From Neoconidiobolus thromboides FSU 785 (lineage: Eukaryota > Fungi > Entomophthoromycota), in assembly GCA_025603075.1 (NCBI GenBank), contig MU626284.1:96170-160169 (forward strand): DNA of 64,000 nt. Direction: 5' to 3'. A model generated the notes under the pieces. That model was given only the letters and a program-made list of their open reading frames with translations, ran no database searches and had not been told where the DNA came from. Numbering within the stretch: the stretch's first letter is position 1; every line of letters starts with the position of its first letter. Below, in pieces: positions 49,308 through 62,759 of the stretch. Both the position numbers and the translations under genes were made by a program.

Positions 49308-49475
49308 TTACCACCAAGTTGGACAAGGCTTAGTTTTGGTTTTAGTAACATATGTAGTAGTAGTGCTAGTAACGTAGGTAGTTGGACGTGGAGGGCAATG
49401 TGGAGGTTTCCAATCATTTATCAAGTCTTGAGAAAGGATTGAAGAGGCAAAGAAAACTATAGCTAAAAATTTCAT
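49308..49475 (-). CDS. 55-aa secreted Thr/Pro/Cys peptide (not in the ORF track)
   Basis: MKFLAIVFFASSILSQDLINDWKPPHCPPRPTTYVTSTTTTYVTKTKTKPCPTWW*. It has a signal peptide, a GC island in AT-rich DNA, and a TATA-like element about 90 bp upstream. Confidence 0.75.
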   Translation of the reverse strand: MKFLAIVFFASSILSQDLINDWKPPHCPPRPTTYVTSTTTTYVTKTKTKPCPTWW

Positions 49476-50283
49476 TGTACTTGTTATATGTTAAAAATTA
49501 ACCTCAATGTCTGTTTAAATATTAAATGTTTTTAATTTTCTTGAATTAAAAATCTTCTCTTTTATACATAATCTTCTCAAACTGATTACAATACAATAAT
49601 ATGACATGTTTTACTAAAAATTATATATAATTGTCTTATAGCTAATTTTAAAATACTTAATTTATTTCACATTTGATTTCGAGATTAAAGAATTATTACA
49701 TATAAATCGAAATCCAAAGTAACAATAAGATTTGAAGTTGGTACAAAGAATCAATCAATCTTTGTATAATTTAAAAATAGCTATTATGATTTGTCTTAAT
49801 CAGCTATATTTTAATCAGAATACTTATAATTAATAAATAAAGAGCTCAAAATGTATTTTTAGAAATAGTAGCTATTAGAAAACCTTAATTCTATTCAAAT
49901 GATGTAAAATTTGAACTTGCTTTATAATATTTTCTTAATTCTCAAGACTTTACTTGATCTCAATAAGTTATTTATTTATCATGGAGTAAATTAAAAGTTA
50001 AATCAAAATTAATTTATATTATGTGAAAAACAAGTTTTATAATAAAAAATAGCAGTGTGTTCTTTAATTTATCACTTCTCTGTCTATATTGGAATTTTAA
50101 TGAAAGTTAAAGGAAATCCTTTTATTACTGAAATTTCAAAATACTAAAGCTATGATGATAAAGAGCATTAAAACTATAATGATGACAAGTTAAGTGAAGA
50201 GATATGAAAATTAAAGTATAAAACTAACAATAACAGAATAACAGAATTAAATTTAAACTACTTTTCGATTATTTATAAAATTA

Positions 50284-50835
50284 ATGTATAAAATTTTAAC
50301 TTTAGTTCTCGCAATTTCTTTAAGATTGAACTCTCATAAAATCGAGAAATGTAAACCAAAATATTGTCCTACAAATACTACTACATCTACGATAATCATT
50401 ACTTGTCCCAATACTAAAACAATCACGGTTCAGCCTACTACTTGTCATACTAAATACTGTCCTACTAGTACAGTAACCTCGACTTTGACTGTGACAAATA
50501 CTGATACTAAAACTATAACTATTAAGCCCACCACCTGTTCTACTAAGCACTGCCCCACTGATACGGTTACTTCAACCTCGACTGTGACAAATACTGATAC
50601 TAAAACTATTACCGTTAAGCCTACTACCTGTTCTACTAAGCACTGCCCCACTGATACGGTTACTTCAACCTCGACTGTGACAAATACTGATACTAAAACT
50701 ATTACCGTTAAGCCTACTACTTGCTACACAAAAGATTGCTCAACTGGAACTGTTACATCAACTGTATTAGTTACTGATTATGAAACCAAATGTATTACTG
50801 TAAGCCCTACTAATTGTTATACTTATAGTTATTAA
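50284..50835 (+). CDS. Secreted Thr/Cys-rich tandem-repeat protein (adhesin/mucin-like)
   Basis: Hydrophobic N-terminus and about 5 copies of a 31-aa unit (C-STKH-CPTDTVTSTSTVTNTDTKTITVKPTT). GTATAAAA lies upstream. Confidence 0.85.
   Translation: MYKILTLVLAISLRLNSHKIEKCKPKYCPTNTTTSTIIITCPNTKTITVQPTTCHTKYCPTSTVTSTLTVTNTDTKTITIKPTTCSTKHCPTDTVTSTSTVTNTDTKTITVKPTTCSTKHCPTDTVTSTSTVTNTDTKTITVKPTTCYTKDCSTGTVTSTVLVTDYETKCITVSPTNCYTYSY
50440..50815 (+). repeat. 93-bp coding tandem repeat
   Basis: The units starting at 50533 and 50626 are almost identical and the flanking units are diverged. Confidence 0.9.
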
Positions 50836-51343
50836 TAAAAAGCTTTATTATAATATTGTTTTTTTAATTTTATGTTTCTAGTTTTTTGACTTTTGATCTA
50901 ATAGGAAATTAGAACGATAAATCAAATCAAGGGATTTTATGACAGCTATTATGTTTCTTAGCATCAAACCTTGAAGTATTTTTCAAGATCCAAAAAAGTG
51001 TATTTTTTACAAATTTTATGCTAACCTTTGGCAGTCATTTTAAGAAGGTTTTAAAAGATGCGCTGAAATAATATTGTTATATCAACTGTTTAAATAAAGG
51101 TTAGTATAAATGTATTCAGGGTTATGAATCAGCCAAAAAGGATTAAGAAAAGTAAAGGAATTTCTCCCCTCCCTAAAGTTAGGATTACATAGCGAATTAA
51201 AAAATAACCAAATGTTGAAACTTGGCGCTTAGCTTTATTCTATTGGCTTTGAAATTTTGTTTTTTATGTAATTAATTTGAAATAGCATAAAAGTGGAAAC
51301 CATAAATTTAAAGTTTATTTTTTTTAGATTGTTGTTCTATAAA

Positions 51344-53680
51344 ATGTCCAGTTCAGATGAATTAAAAATTGCCGGACCAGTAAACGGAGGCAGCAAGAAA
51401 TCAAAACAAAAGCTTGCACCATTACCTTATTCACCTAGTACACCAGGCTTCCCCTTATCGCCGCAATCGGACATTAATATAAAAGAGCCACAGTCAGCAC
51501 ATATAGCCGAAGAGACGGAGGAAAAAAAGCAACTCAGTACCCCTAAAATTAAAATTCAAGGTAACGGGCTTACTTTACCTTTAGCCAAAGCAAAGCCTTC
51601 AAAGCCTATGATTCCTAATTTAACTACTAAATCTCTCCCTCGTAACGCCAACCCTTTTGAGTTTTCTCCAGGTTCCCCATTGTCATTAACAGATGAATTG
51701 ATCAAAACTCTAAATGGTGATAAAAGATCTGACAAAAGTTCGGAAACAAGCCTGGATCTGAAGGGTTCTAATGAATTAACTAAAACAATTGATCCAAAAG
51801 AACTTGAAAGTTTAGAAAACCATAAAAATGAATCAGCTAATATAAATAACATGGATGAAGAAAATTTGAATTCAAAAAAGGATAAAAATGGAGATCAAAG
51901 CGATTCGATTAGTATTAATAACTCAAGTTCGCAAACGCAAAATGAAGCGATTCATATGGATTCTGTTAGCAAGAAAAAAAATTCCGACTTTCATACGCTC
52001 TTCCCAACAATGCCATTATCTGAGCTTTTAGTTTCTGGTAATATTATCAATACTTTATTACTTTGCTTTATTAAATTAAATTATAGATTACGGTTGTGCA
52101 CTTCAAAAAGGAACTTTGGTACAAGGGAGACTTTATGTAACTCAAAACTTTGTCTCATTTCATTCTAATCTTTTTGGCTGGGTTAATAGGGTAATTTGTT
52201 TTAATAGTTTGAATCACATTTACAATATTAAATCCCTTTCTAGATATCAATACCTTTTTCTGAAATCGTATTCATAGAGAAAAGACATGTGGCTTATGTA
52301 ATCCCAAGTGCTATCCAGGTCAACACACTACATCGTAAATACATGTTTACTTCTTTTAGAAATAGGGACTCAGTGGTCATGCAGCTACTTAACTTATGGA
52401 AAGATATTCGAACAAATCTAAAACGTCCGTCATCAAATAATACAGAAAAATCAATTGATACGTTTAGATCGGAACTAGAGACTATCGAAAATACTGAAGA
52501 TTCTTATTTTCCTACATTAGATATAACTCACAAAAACCAAGAATCAGTAAACCTATATCCAGCTGCAATTTCAACTGAGCCATCAAACAGCAAAGAGTTT
52601 GATTTTGAAAGCTCTAATAGTAAAACAGCTGACGAAGCAACTTTATGTCCGTGCTATTACACTGGCCATCTTGATACAAAGGTTTTGGATAAAGTTATAC
52701 ATATGCAGCTTAGTGAATTTTATAATTTGATTTTCGGAGAAAAAACCGAGTGGCTTTATAGATTTTTATCGAAGTTTAATTCAGATGTTAAAGTGGAACC
52801 GTGGGATGGGCCAGTACGTAAAATCACGTATGTGAAGCCATTAACAAATCCATTAGGACCCAAGTCAACAAGGTGCATTGTCACGGAAAGGCAAGTTGGT
52901 TTTGATTTCCCAAATCATGCTACCATTGAAAGCTCAGTAGAATCCTTAGATGTTCCCTCTGGTTCATCTTTTAGAGCCAAAATACGATTCTGTATGATGA
53001 ATGATGGTTTAGGAGGAACCCGTGTTGTAGTTACTGGGGGCAGTGAATGGCTAAAATCGTCTTGGCTTAAGTCAGCAATAGAAAAAGGCATAACAGATGG
53101 GAACCAAACTTACTTTAAAGAATTTGACAATGAGATACAAAAATACCTGAGTGGTAAATCTGATTTATTAGATTCCTCTATTCCACAAATAAGTAAAAAA
53201 GGAAGCAATGAAATTAACACATCCCCGAAAGAAGAAACCGGTAATCAGAGTAATGGTCCTGAGCAAAATAGCACCGTTACGGGAGTGACAGCTATGATGA
53301 ATCTAGCATCAAAGTCATTTAATGATGTGGCAGAATATATTAATGATTTACCACAGTCATATTCTCTTACTGTGGTATTGATTTTGTTAACAATTATGAA
53401 TCTTTTTTATTGGAAATCCATATATGGTTTACATGATGAGTTAAATTTAAAAAATTCAGATCAACTACCACAAAAGAAACTAATCAAAAATGAAAAGTTA
53501 TCGAACTCTATTAATACAATATTAAACTCAGTCAAAGAGCTTGCTCTATCGATAAAGAAAATTGAAAATCAAATTGATGAAACAAATGTAATAGGGAATT
53601 TAATTAACAAAAAGGATGAAGACCGAAAAGAAGAAAATAATGAGAAAAGCGATACAAATAATAATGAACCAAATACCTAA
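51344..53680 (+). CDS. GRAM + VASt/StART-like sterol transfer protein (LAM/Ltc family), 3 exons
   Basis: GRAM region (FHTLFPTMP..., GRLYV..FHSNLFGW, YVIPSAIQV, YMFTSFRNRD), VASt region (YVKPLTNPLGPKSTRC, LDVPSGSSF, WLKSSWLKSAIEKG) and a C-terminal TM plus coiled coil. Confidence 0.9.
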
Positions 53681-53903
53681 TCTAACCCTTTTATTTTTTC
53701 AGTGTAGTTTTAAGTTTTTACCTTTATTAAAATTTGTTAGATTAAATCATACCTATTTTTATTTATTTTTATCTAAACTACTTTAACTAGTTTTATTTAA
53801 TATATGAGTTATAATGTTTTACACATTATTTATATAGCCATGAATGAGTTTATGTAACTGAAACACACATTTTTTTAAGTCACTAATACTAATGAATAAA
53901 TAT

Positions 53904-53993
53904 ATAGATGTAGTTTTTCATTCAAGAATTTTACTAACAGTTATTCTACTCGAACAACACTTGAAAAAAGTGATGGAGTCAAAAAAAAAGCCT
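53904..53993 (-). mobile_element. MITE copy 9 (degenerate)
   Basis: Core TTCAAGAATTTTACTAACAG..CTACTC and GATGGAGTCAAAAAAAA. The TIRs are eroded. Confidence 0.5.
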
Positions 53994-56900
53994 TATATTT
54001 TGAATACTTTATATTGGTTGTTTGTTTCATGTTTAAAAAAGAGCAAATAGTAATACGGTAGTTAGGTACACTATAGATATAATATTTTTACTTAATTTAT
54101 TACTATTTAATCAATTATCAATTAGTTATTACTTTTGGACAAACTCTCCATTAACACATTGTTGGAATATATATTAATATATATTTTTAATTACTGATAG
54201 TATAAATTTCTCACCTATAGTTTACTTCAAACAATAAAATTAGATTTAAGAGGGCAATAAGTTCGTATTATTAATTGAAGCTCCTCTCAACATGGATTGT
54301 TAGAATTTAGCAAACATAAAAAATTGCCCGCTTTTCACGTGTCGTTATTTATGATCTAAGTTAGTAAGCCTTAAATTCGGATTTTTAGAAGGAATATTGT
54401 AATTTCAGAACAAAGTTACAAGTTCATTATTTGTACAGCAACCAATCATATCCTTGGAAATAATTTCTAAATTTATTTTTACAAAAATTAGTCATTTTAG
54501 CTTTTATATGAAATCCTTAATGGTATGATGTTTATTGCCTTAATTATTTCCGACAAAAAAGGCATCCGCTAGCCTCTTGGCCTAGAATTATTTTTGGTAA
54601 GGTCAAATACTATACAATTAATCTCAGTTAGCTATTTAGATGGTTGCAACTTTAAAATATTCCGTTTCATAAATTATCCATGAGTTTTAGAATACTATAT
54701 AATAGATATCCTTAAATAAACATTATACTACAATAGGTGAGCTACTTGAATGTACTCTTTTATATCGAAGCTTAACTTTTTAAATTTAAAATATAAAAAA
54801 TGAAAATAAAAATTTGTACATATTTTTTATCCTTTCTAAGCATGGTAAATAAAACAATATAGTCAATTTTTATACTTGGACTTTGTTTTTTTGGGTGATC
54901 CTTGGCTCATTTGAGATTTATGTTGAAAAACTATCTGCTTCTATACTTTTTTTGTAAACTGACATATATAGCAATATGTGTTATTGTATTGAAAAAACCA
55001 ATTCTAATAAGCTTTTCTCGCTGTTATTAATACTAATATACTAATTAGGAAATTTGCACTTACTAAAACTATATAAAAGTAAATTTCCGAATATAGCAAT
55101 AGTATTTTTATTAAATTTCATAATTTTATTATCTATGACATTGGATATGCTGTAAATAGGTGACTGTATTAAATAGTTTATTATTCGCGTGAAACTCTTT
55201 CATGTTATTTCAGGATAGGTACAAGAGCAAATCATATGTCTTCTTACTCGCTTAAAGTATGCCAAACGTTTAAAGCAAGAGCATTCTAAAAGCTCGCTTC
55301 GTATAACTTCTGAATTATATTTACAATCTTGATTCTATACATTAACGACTTGGGTACATTTAAGTGGGATAATAGTTAGGGTGTTAAAATTATTTAATAA
55401 TAGCTTTATGTCTTGTTAATTTTTTTGTCAAAGATAGTCTATTTTTTATTAGTCTTTGCAAAATATTTCTCTTTTGTAATATTTGTTACTTATTGGGTTT
55501 TTTTATCGAAGCTTGAATAAACCATAGATTGTGAGAAAGGCATGGTATAGCAAAAAATTTGAATATTGAAAACAAAAGGTGTATAAAGAGGTTTTGAGTG
55601 AATAAAGATTCTCATCTATCTTGCTATCCAGCTTCGCTTAGCATTTCCACTCGCTTTATATTAATTCTCTACTGAAAAAAAATACTAATGTTGTAAATGA
55701 TGAAAAAAGGCGAACTTCTGCAACTAAATTTATAGTTTATAGCTGGAACCTTTACTTATTTTCTCTGAACTTTTAAATACATTAAGCTGTGAACCTTAGT
55801 GCTAAACTTTATTTTTTCACTTAGTTCACTGGGTTCTGTCCTGATTTATTTTATCTTTCTGTAATAGACCATTTGAAACTTTTGACTCGCTCAAGGTTTA
55901 TTAGAATTTGTATTAAATCATAAGCATAGCGGAAATAGTTTTATTTTTATTTCCTGTAGTTTTGGTTTTTCTCTTTACTTAGTCTGTTAATCGTAAATCA
56001 TTGTTATTTTATTTTTTTCAAAGCTTTATATAGTATAAAGCAATTATACCAGTAAATATTTAACATGTATATTCACTTTAAATAAGTTTTAAGTAATTGA
56101 GGAAGTAGTTAGTATAATAATACTGTTTTCAATACTCATGGATTATCGAAGAACTTCAAAACTATTAATGTATTATATGCCTAATGGATTGACTTACAAA
56201 TTACAAGTAGTTTATTTTTGATGATACAACTTTTGAGCAATACTTGGATCAAAGAAGCTTTAACTCTTTTGTGGTAAAACTTTTGCTTAATATTCTAATA
56301 AACAATATATGTTAAGTTCTGTTTATTTCCGCCCTTAAATTATTTAGCTTTTATTAATTAGTATTCTTTTCATTCTGTATTATTGAATACCTGCATTATA
56401 TACTAATATAACAAGATCATAACAATTTTAAATTATATAATAGAATCCACTATGTTTTGGAATTCTTTTAACTATAAATTTAAAATCGAAACAAAACTAG
56501 GATTAGTAAATTTCAATACGTTTAATTTATATTTTCAACTTTAGCTAGTTAATGTTAAAATAAGGATCTCCCCCGCTGATATGAAACCAATGTGTATGGT
56601 ATTTCAAAAGTCCACATTCATTAATTTTTATTTTCTTATTTTTATTCCTTTTCTATAAAATACCACATAGGGCTGTGCCTATTACTCAAAAATAAGAAAA
56701 TTTCGATAATATCATTTCCATTTTTAGTATAAATGACTTGTTGTTTATACATAAATTAATATAATATATACGATATTCTCAAGCTAGTATTATAATAGTT
56801 GAATTTAGCCTAGAATACTTTTAATTAGATTTATTAGTCTATTTTTATTAAAAAATAGATATGAGATAATGCTGCTAAAAGCTACATTAACTCTGATTTT

Positions 56901-57243
56901 GAAATTCAAGATTTAAAAATAAGAGGTTATTACTTAAAAAGTATAATAAAAGTCATAAAATAACCCCAAACTACTAAATATGAGCTTAATGATACGATCT
57001 TTGTAACATTTGTTTTATGATTAAGTGTAAATGGAACATTGAAAAAATTTACAAAAAGCTATTTTTAGTTTAGAGCTAATTTTTAAAGTATAAGTTATTA
57101 TTTTATTTAATCATTCATAAATAGAAGGTTACAGCATCACTATTGACTAAAAACGCCATAAAAATAGAAATGGGAATTTGGTTTTGCTTTCAAGGTAGTT
57201 GCAAAAAAACAAATATCAATGGAACTTACCATAAGCATATTAA

Positions 57244-58102
57244 TTATTGGAGTGGGAGATAGTACGATTGAGAAGGGAGTACATAAGAATTTTGTTGAAG
57301 GTAAGCTGGTTCACAGTTAAACTTAAAGTTGCTATACTCTTGAGGAGAGTAGGTCTGTTTTGGATAATTTTGATTAAGATAATTCTGGTTTGAATAGCAT
57401 TGGTTTATGAAACTTTGATTTTGATAATTCTGATTGGAGTGCATATTATAATTGTCAATATAAAAAGTTGGAGACCTATTGATTATGTTGGAGTATACTA
57501 TATTAGAGTTTAAACAAGTGGTTGTGGCTGAAAGTTCGTTATCATATGTACCTTGTCTTATGTCATTACATTTCTCTGTACTAAATGATTTGGTTTTAAA
57601 TGATTTTGAGCTTTGGACGCTTCCTTCTATTTCTAGGCCTTTAGAGCTATTCTTTCTTTTTATATATTTTATAAGATATGGTTTGTCACGAATAAAGTAA
57701 GGGTGAGTGAACGATGTTGATTTTGAGATAACATTACGCTGCTTTCTACCATCAGATGATCTTTGGAACCCATATAACTATAAATAAATTAATATATAAT
57801 ACAAAAAATCCAACAAAATTATACATTTAACTGCCTTGAGAAAGACTCAATTTTACTACTATCGAAATATTTTGGTAATACAAGGCCTTGAAATTCCACT
57901 TTATCGTGTATTATAAACGAGAGTCCATCTTCAGACCAACTTATTATATGCGAAAAAGCAGTGTCGTTAAGAATACTATAAATGTTCAGAAAAATTATCA
58001 TATAACAAATATTTCTATAGTTTACTTTATAAGCCTGTTAATAAAAGTAAAACGCTTAGTTTTATGTAAAGGAGAAAAATGGCTGTCAATTATAAGATTC
58101 AT
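57244..58102 (-). CDS. HSF-type DNA-binding domain protein; exons 58102-58026, 57975-57825, 57777-57244
   Basis: The spliced product has FINRLINILND..ISWSEDGLSFII..F...VLPKYFDSSKIESFSRQLNLYGFQR..FTHPYFIRD. The exons total 762 nt, in frame. Confidence 0.88.
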
Positions 58103-60892
58103 GTTTGTAGTAGATGAATAAAAAGTTTAATTTTGATTTTGGGGGTTTTGTGCTTGTTATATATTGTCGATTTTTGTAACTAGTTGAGTTCCATAACTCA
58201 CATATTCTAGAAACAAAAATACTAATAAGGAAATTTTTATTGCTAAAATTACATTCAATTGATTTATCTAGAATGCTTTGAACACTGTAGTATAATGTAA
58301 GTCATAAAAGTTTTTATCCATAAATAAATAATCTTAATTAAATAGACTCTTGGCTATTATTAGAACTTCAGGCTTAAAATTCACTTGGTGTTTATTTAAT
58401 ATAACAGTAAGTTATACAAAATTACAAAGGGAATAGAGATTTAAATTAATTATTTCCTGCTCATTGGCATTCTTAAAAAATTTGACCAATTTAGAAAATC
58501 AAGTTTAATAATAGCTTCACTATTTGTAATTCTGCTTTAATAGTAATATCAAGGTAATATTACTGTTGAGTTTTACTTTACCTATTTACTTAAAAGTTGC
58601 TTCTGAATATTGAAAAAAAATATAACGTGCCCAAGAAATTCATTCAACTCTGCCTTTAAGTATATAATCATAATCATGATCATAACAAGATGAATCTATT
58701 GAATGTATGTGTTAAAATTTATTATTAAGCTATCAAATTACACTTTGGTATCAATATTATATATATAAGTAATATATTTTTAATAGTGAATTTCAGTAAT
58801 GTTAAATCGATTTGATTCTTGGCTAGTTTAAATTTGAGCTATAATAGCAGTAAAAAATATCCAAATACAAGAACAGATGTAATTAATGACAAAGTATATT
58901 TTTAATCTTCATGAACTTATAAGGCAATCCATTCATGAACTAAAACAAATGTAACATGCTAGATCTATCATATTTAAAATAGCTTTGATTAAGTTTTACT
59001 AAGTGTCGCTTTTAATGTAAAATCACTTATTTCTAATTTTCAAGGACAGCAACTGTATTTATTTATTGAAAACAAAGGTAATTTATCTAAAAAAATTCAA
59101 TACTATTATCCTTCACATCCTTTTAAAGCAACTTTGGTTCATTTCCTGAAATGAAGAGCAATCTTAACTTCGTAGCTTTTCTTCCTTGCATTAATATAAA
59201 ACTTCAAATATTTAAAATTGATGATACATAGGCTAAAGACCAAACAGTTTCATTTTTAGTTTCTTAGAAACTGAATATTTTATAACCTTCAAATTATAAA
59301 ATATATTTGTATTAGTTGTATTTATTTTGATAAATATTATAATGTAATATTACACATATGATTTTAATTAAAATAATGGATTTTAAAAATAAAATACAAA
59401 TATGCTAAACATGGTACTCACACTGCTTCTACAAATACAAAAGTTAGGCTTGCAAGGTTTTATATAGTGTAATAGATAAGACTTATATAAACCTTCAATC
59501 ATGAGATTAGAGTAATATTTGCTATTGATCGTGTCGAGAATTATTTCACTATACTATTATGTTACCATAACCTTTTGGACTTCAGGTATTATATAGGATT
59601 ATATTATTGTTGAGTAAAAAACCCTGAAATATCTTTCAACGTCCAATACTTTCTACTAAATTATTGATGCTCTAGGAAATATAGTGTATGATACAATAAG
59701 TCTTTCTTATTCTATTAATATAAAATATCAATAAAACCATATTTATTAATTATGATATTGATAAAAATCTGTTATTTAATTTACATATATAGTTATTTTC
59801 AGATTATTTCAATAGACAAAGTATTTTTATAAATGATAGATGAATATATTTGAATACTATATTTTTTACAAAATCCTGAATAACAAGAGTACGCTGATAT
59901 ATTTTTTAGTTGATTATATTACATAAAGATAGCTTTAGAATTGAAATATTTAATAAAAGAGCCAAACTTGCTTACTTACCTATTAAATTTCTATGTTGTT
60001 TCATACACTAATATCTTTAAGGTATTTTTTGAAAATAGGTGGTAATAAAGTTTCAACGAGATAAAGTAGTTGTCAGTCAGGTGGGGTTATTAATAGATAA
60101 GCTTTAATACACAAAACTATCATTTTGAGTTCTTAAAATTGTATTCCACGACTGTAATTATTAATTTTATTTATTTATTTAATAACAGAAACTCTTGACA
60201 ATTAATCTAGAACCACTGAGTATTTGGGACTCCAATATACGACTTCGCTGTGCTAGTTCAGTAACGTTAAAAAATGAAAATACAAAATGTGTTATAGAAT
60301 GTGTGTTTTGTTTATTCAACAAATAAATTTCCACTCGATTAACAGTAAATACGAGTTTTATGAGGGATTAAGGTCTTCGTTAAAGATAAAATCATATCAC
60401 CAATTAACAGTCCATTAAGCGTTAATAAAGTGTTAATATATTTATTTATGAAGATCAATTAAAAGCTTGGTAAAATAATTCAGGAATTATTAAATTAAAC
60501 AGATTAAAGTTGAGGAATATTTGTGAAATAGAAAACTATGCTTTACTTATTATCAAGGGTTGAAACACTGAATGGTTATTTTGTATGTTCTAGATTTTCA
60601 AATATGCTATATGAAATTTGTATATTACCATGTTATCAGGGGCTGTACTTTTCAATTTTTATATATATTAAGATCATATAGAGCATACAGCTTTAAATTT
60701 AATGCTATCACTTAGTTAATTGATCACTTGTATACATTTATGACCACTTTTTATTCATTTAAATGACTATTATATGCTCACGATTGAAATAAAGCAATTT
60801 GATTTATCACAAACGATCAGATGAGGATGGTTAAGCGATAGTATGGACTTATAATAATTTATGAGCTTCTTATTTAATATAATTTAATATAT

Positions 60893-60990
60893 GGGAGTGT
60901 TTTTTTTGACTTCATTATTTTTTCCATTTTTTAAGCGCTATTTAAGCGGAAAGTTTGTTAGTAAAATTCTTAAACACAAAATACATCCCC
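60893..60990 (+). mobile_element. MITE copy 10 (TSD ATAT)
   Basis: GGGAGTGT...ACATCCCC flanked by ATAT/ATAT. Confidence 0.85.
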
Positions 60991-61704
60991 ATATGTAGAA
61001 CGCAACCATTTATTTCACACGATGCAAAATTAAAATATTAGTGGAAAAGAAAATATTTGATTTTTAGAAAAAACATTCAAAATCCAAAAATAAATAAATA
61101 TAAAACAATAATCCGATTTAAGTATATAATTAAGGCTGATAAAGGCCGATATATAACAATGTGTGATATGTAGGATCCTAGAAGTTCTTTAGCGTTTATG
61201 GTTTTTATTGTAATTGCTCAAAAGGCATACTTTAAAACTACATGATGTTTTTACTACTAAAATAAAATTAAAGAGATGTGGCTTCGTCTATTTTTAATAC
61301 TTCTTGGTATTAATAACCAAGCGAATGTTTCAAATTTATTTCCACTTCAATAATGGTAATGGGGTGGTGGATATTTTTGTATACCACTTTCTTATTTCTA
61401 AAACTCCTTAAATTCAAATTTCCTTTTCTATAAGCATAACAACTATCGCCTTTTGAGATTATTTTCTATTTATATTTAATTGTAGGAATTGACAAATTTA
61501 AGTTTAGCATAAATTGGAACGAGAATTACCTTATATGATGGCTTTAAACAAAGCTAGATTAAAGAATGACTTATATAATATCGTATGAGATACTAATAAT
61601 TATTTTAAATATCAGCTATAGTGGTTACTATCAAAACAATCAACCTTAATGATTTTTGGAGTATGATCCCAATAAAGCTTTAATTTTGAATCAAGCTATT
61701 ATAT

Positions 61705-61802
61705 GGGGATGTATTTTTGTGTTTAAGAATTTTACTAACAAATTTTCCACTCAAATAACACTTAAAAATGGAAAAGATAATGAAGTCAAAAAAAACACTC
61801 TC
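61705..61802 (-). mobile_element. MITE copy 11 (TSD ATAT)
   Basis: GGGGATGT...ACACTCTC flanked by ATAT/ATAT. Confidence 0.85.
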
Positions 61803-62085
61803 ATATACTAAAATCTAAGACATCAAAAATTATAATTCGATCTTGTATTAAAGGCTGATTTGCTCTATCAGTCTTCGAAAATGTATTTAAATAAAATATA
61901 CCTCCAGCTATTATATATAAAACAAAAACGATACACATGCTTATGTGTTTAAAATACTTGCTTTTAAGTAATGTATCAAAGTTTATCCACTATTTTAATA
62001 AATTCTACAAAACCCTTATTAAATATAAAAGAGTTGTTTAAGTTATAATTTACAAAGGTTATATATATAAACAATTTTATATTAT

Positions 62086-62178
62086 GAGAATGTATCTTAG
62101 TTTAAGAATTTTGCTAACAATCTTTTTAGTCAAACAGCGCTCAAAAACAGAAAAAGCGAAGCCAAAAAAAACATCTTT
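62086..62178 (-). mobile_element. MITE copy 12 (degenerate)
   Basis: GAGAATGT...ACATCTTT with core TTTAAGAATTTTGCTAACAA..CAGCGCTCAAAA. Confidence 0.7.
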
Positions 62179-62543
62179 ATGGATTTTAACTAATATCTGA
62201 AAATATAACTTGAAAAACTTAATTAGGTAGTCAAAAACTTAACAACTTGTATGTTTCCTAACTTTTTCTAAAATGCTAAATTCCAAACCGATTATTTATT
62301 CAAGAATCTATAAGTATAATATGGTTTAGTCATATCAATTGGGCTGTATCAACATGCTTTAAATCGCGTCTAGTTATAAAATAATGATATATATGTTTAA
62401 GCTCTCAGCTTTTAGCTTTATGTTAATAAACGTATCGCAAGAAATATTAAACTAAAACCTTTTAACTGATTCATTATGATGGTTTATTCGACTAACAGCT
62501 CAAGTATAGTACTACACGTTGGCGTAAAATAGGAGTAATATAT

Positions 62544-62637
62544 GGGGATGTGTTTTTTTGTTTGAATTTTACTATAATCTTTCCACTCAAATAGCGCTTA
62601 AAAGATGGAAAAACAATGAAACTAGAAAAACATCCCC
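62544..62637 (-). mobile_element. MITE copy 13
   Basis: GGGGATGT...ACATCCCC flanked by ATAT/ACAT. Confidence 0.85.
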
Positions 62638-62660
62638 ACATGTTTAATATACAAACATAT

Positions 62661-62759
62661 GGGGGTGTTTTTTTTGGCTTCATTACTTTTTCTATCTTTT
62701 AAGCGCTATTTGAGTGGAAAAGTTGTTAGCAAAATTCTTAAACACAAAAATACATCCCC
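62661..62759 (+). mobile_element. MITE copy 14 (TSD ATAT)
   Basis: GGGGGTGT...ACATCCCC flanked by ATAT/ATAT, 99 bp. Confidence 0.88.

Noticed and set aside
50320-51852. Minus-strand ORFs 50320-50550, 50445-50651 and 51556-51852
   Set aside because: Antisense shadows of the Thr-repeat and GRAM-VASt genes.
54280-55920. GC-elevated intergenic patches with short protein-like translations
   Set aside because: No frame longer than about 40 codons and no recognisable domain. These are probably decayed repeats but are not assignable.
57479-58121. + strand ORFs 57479-57700 and 57888-58121
   Set aside because: Antisense to the spliced HSF-domain gene.
61265-61480. Minus-strand fragment containing KIDEATS (ABC Walker-B-like)
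   Set aside because: It is flanked by stops with no Walker A or signature motif, so it is likely coincidence.
62492-62683. ORF-track 63-aa ORF resembling 726-953
   Set aside because: The similarity (LSGKII..KNTSPY) is simply the translated MITE, not a protein family.
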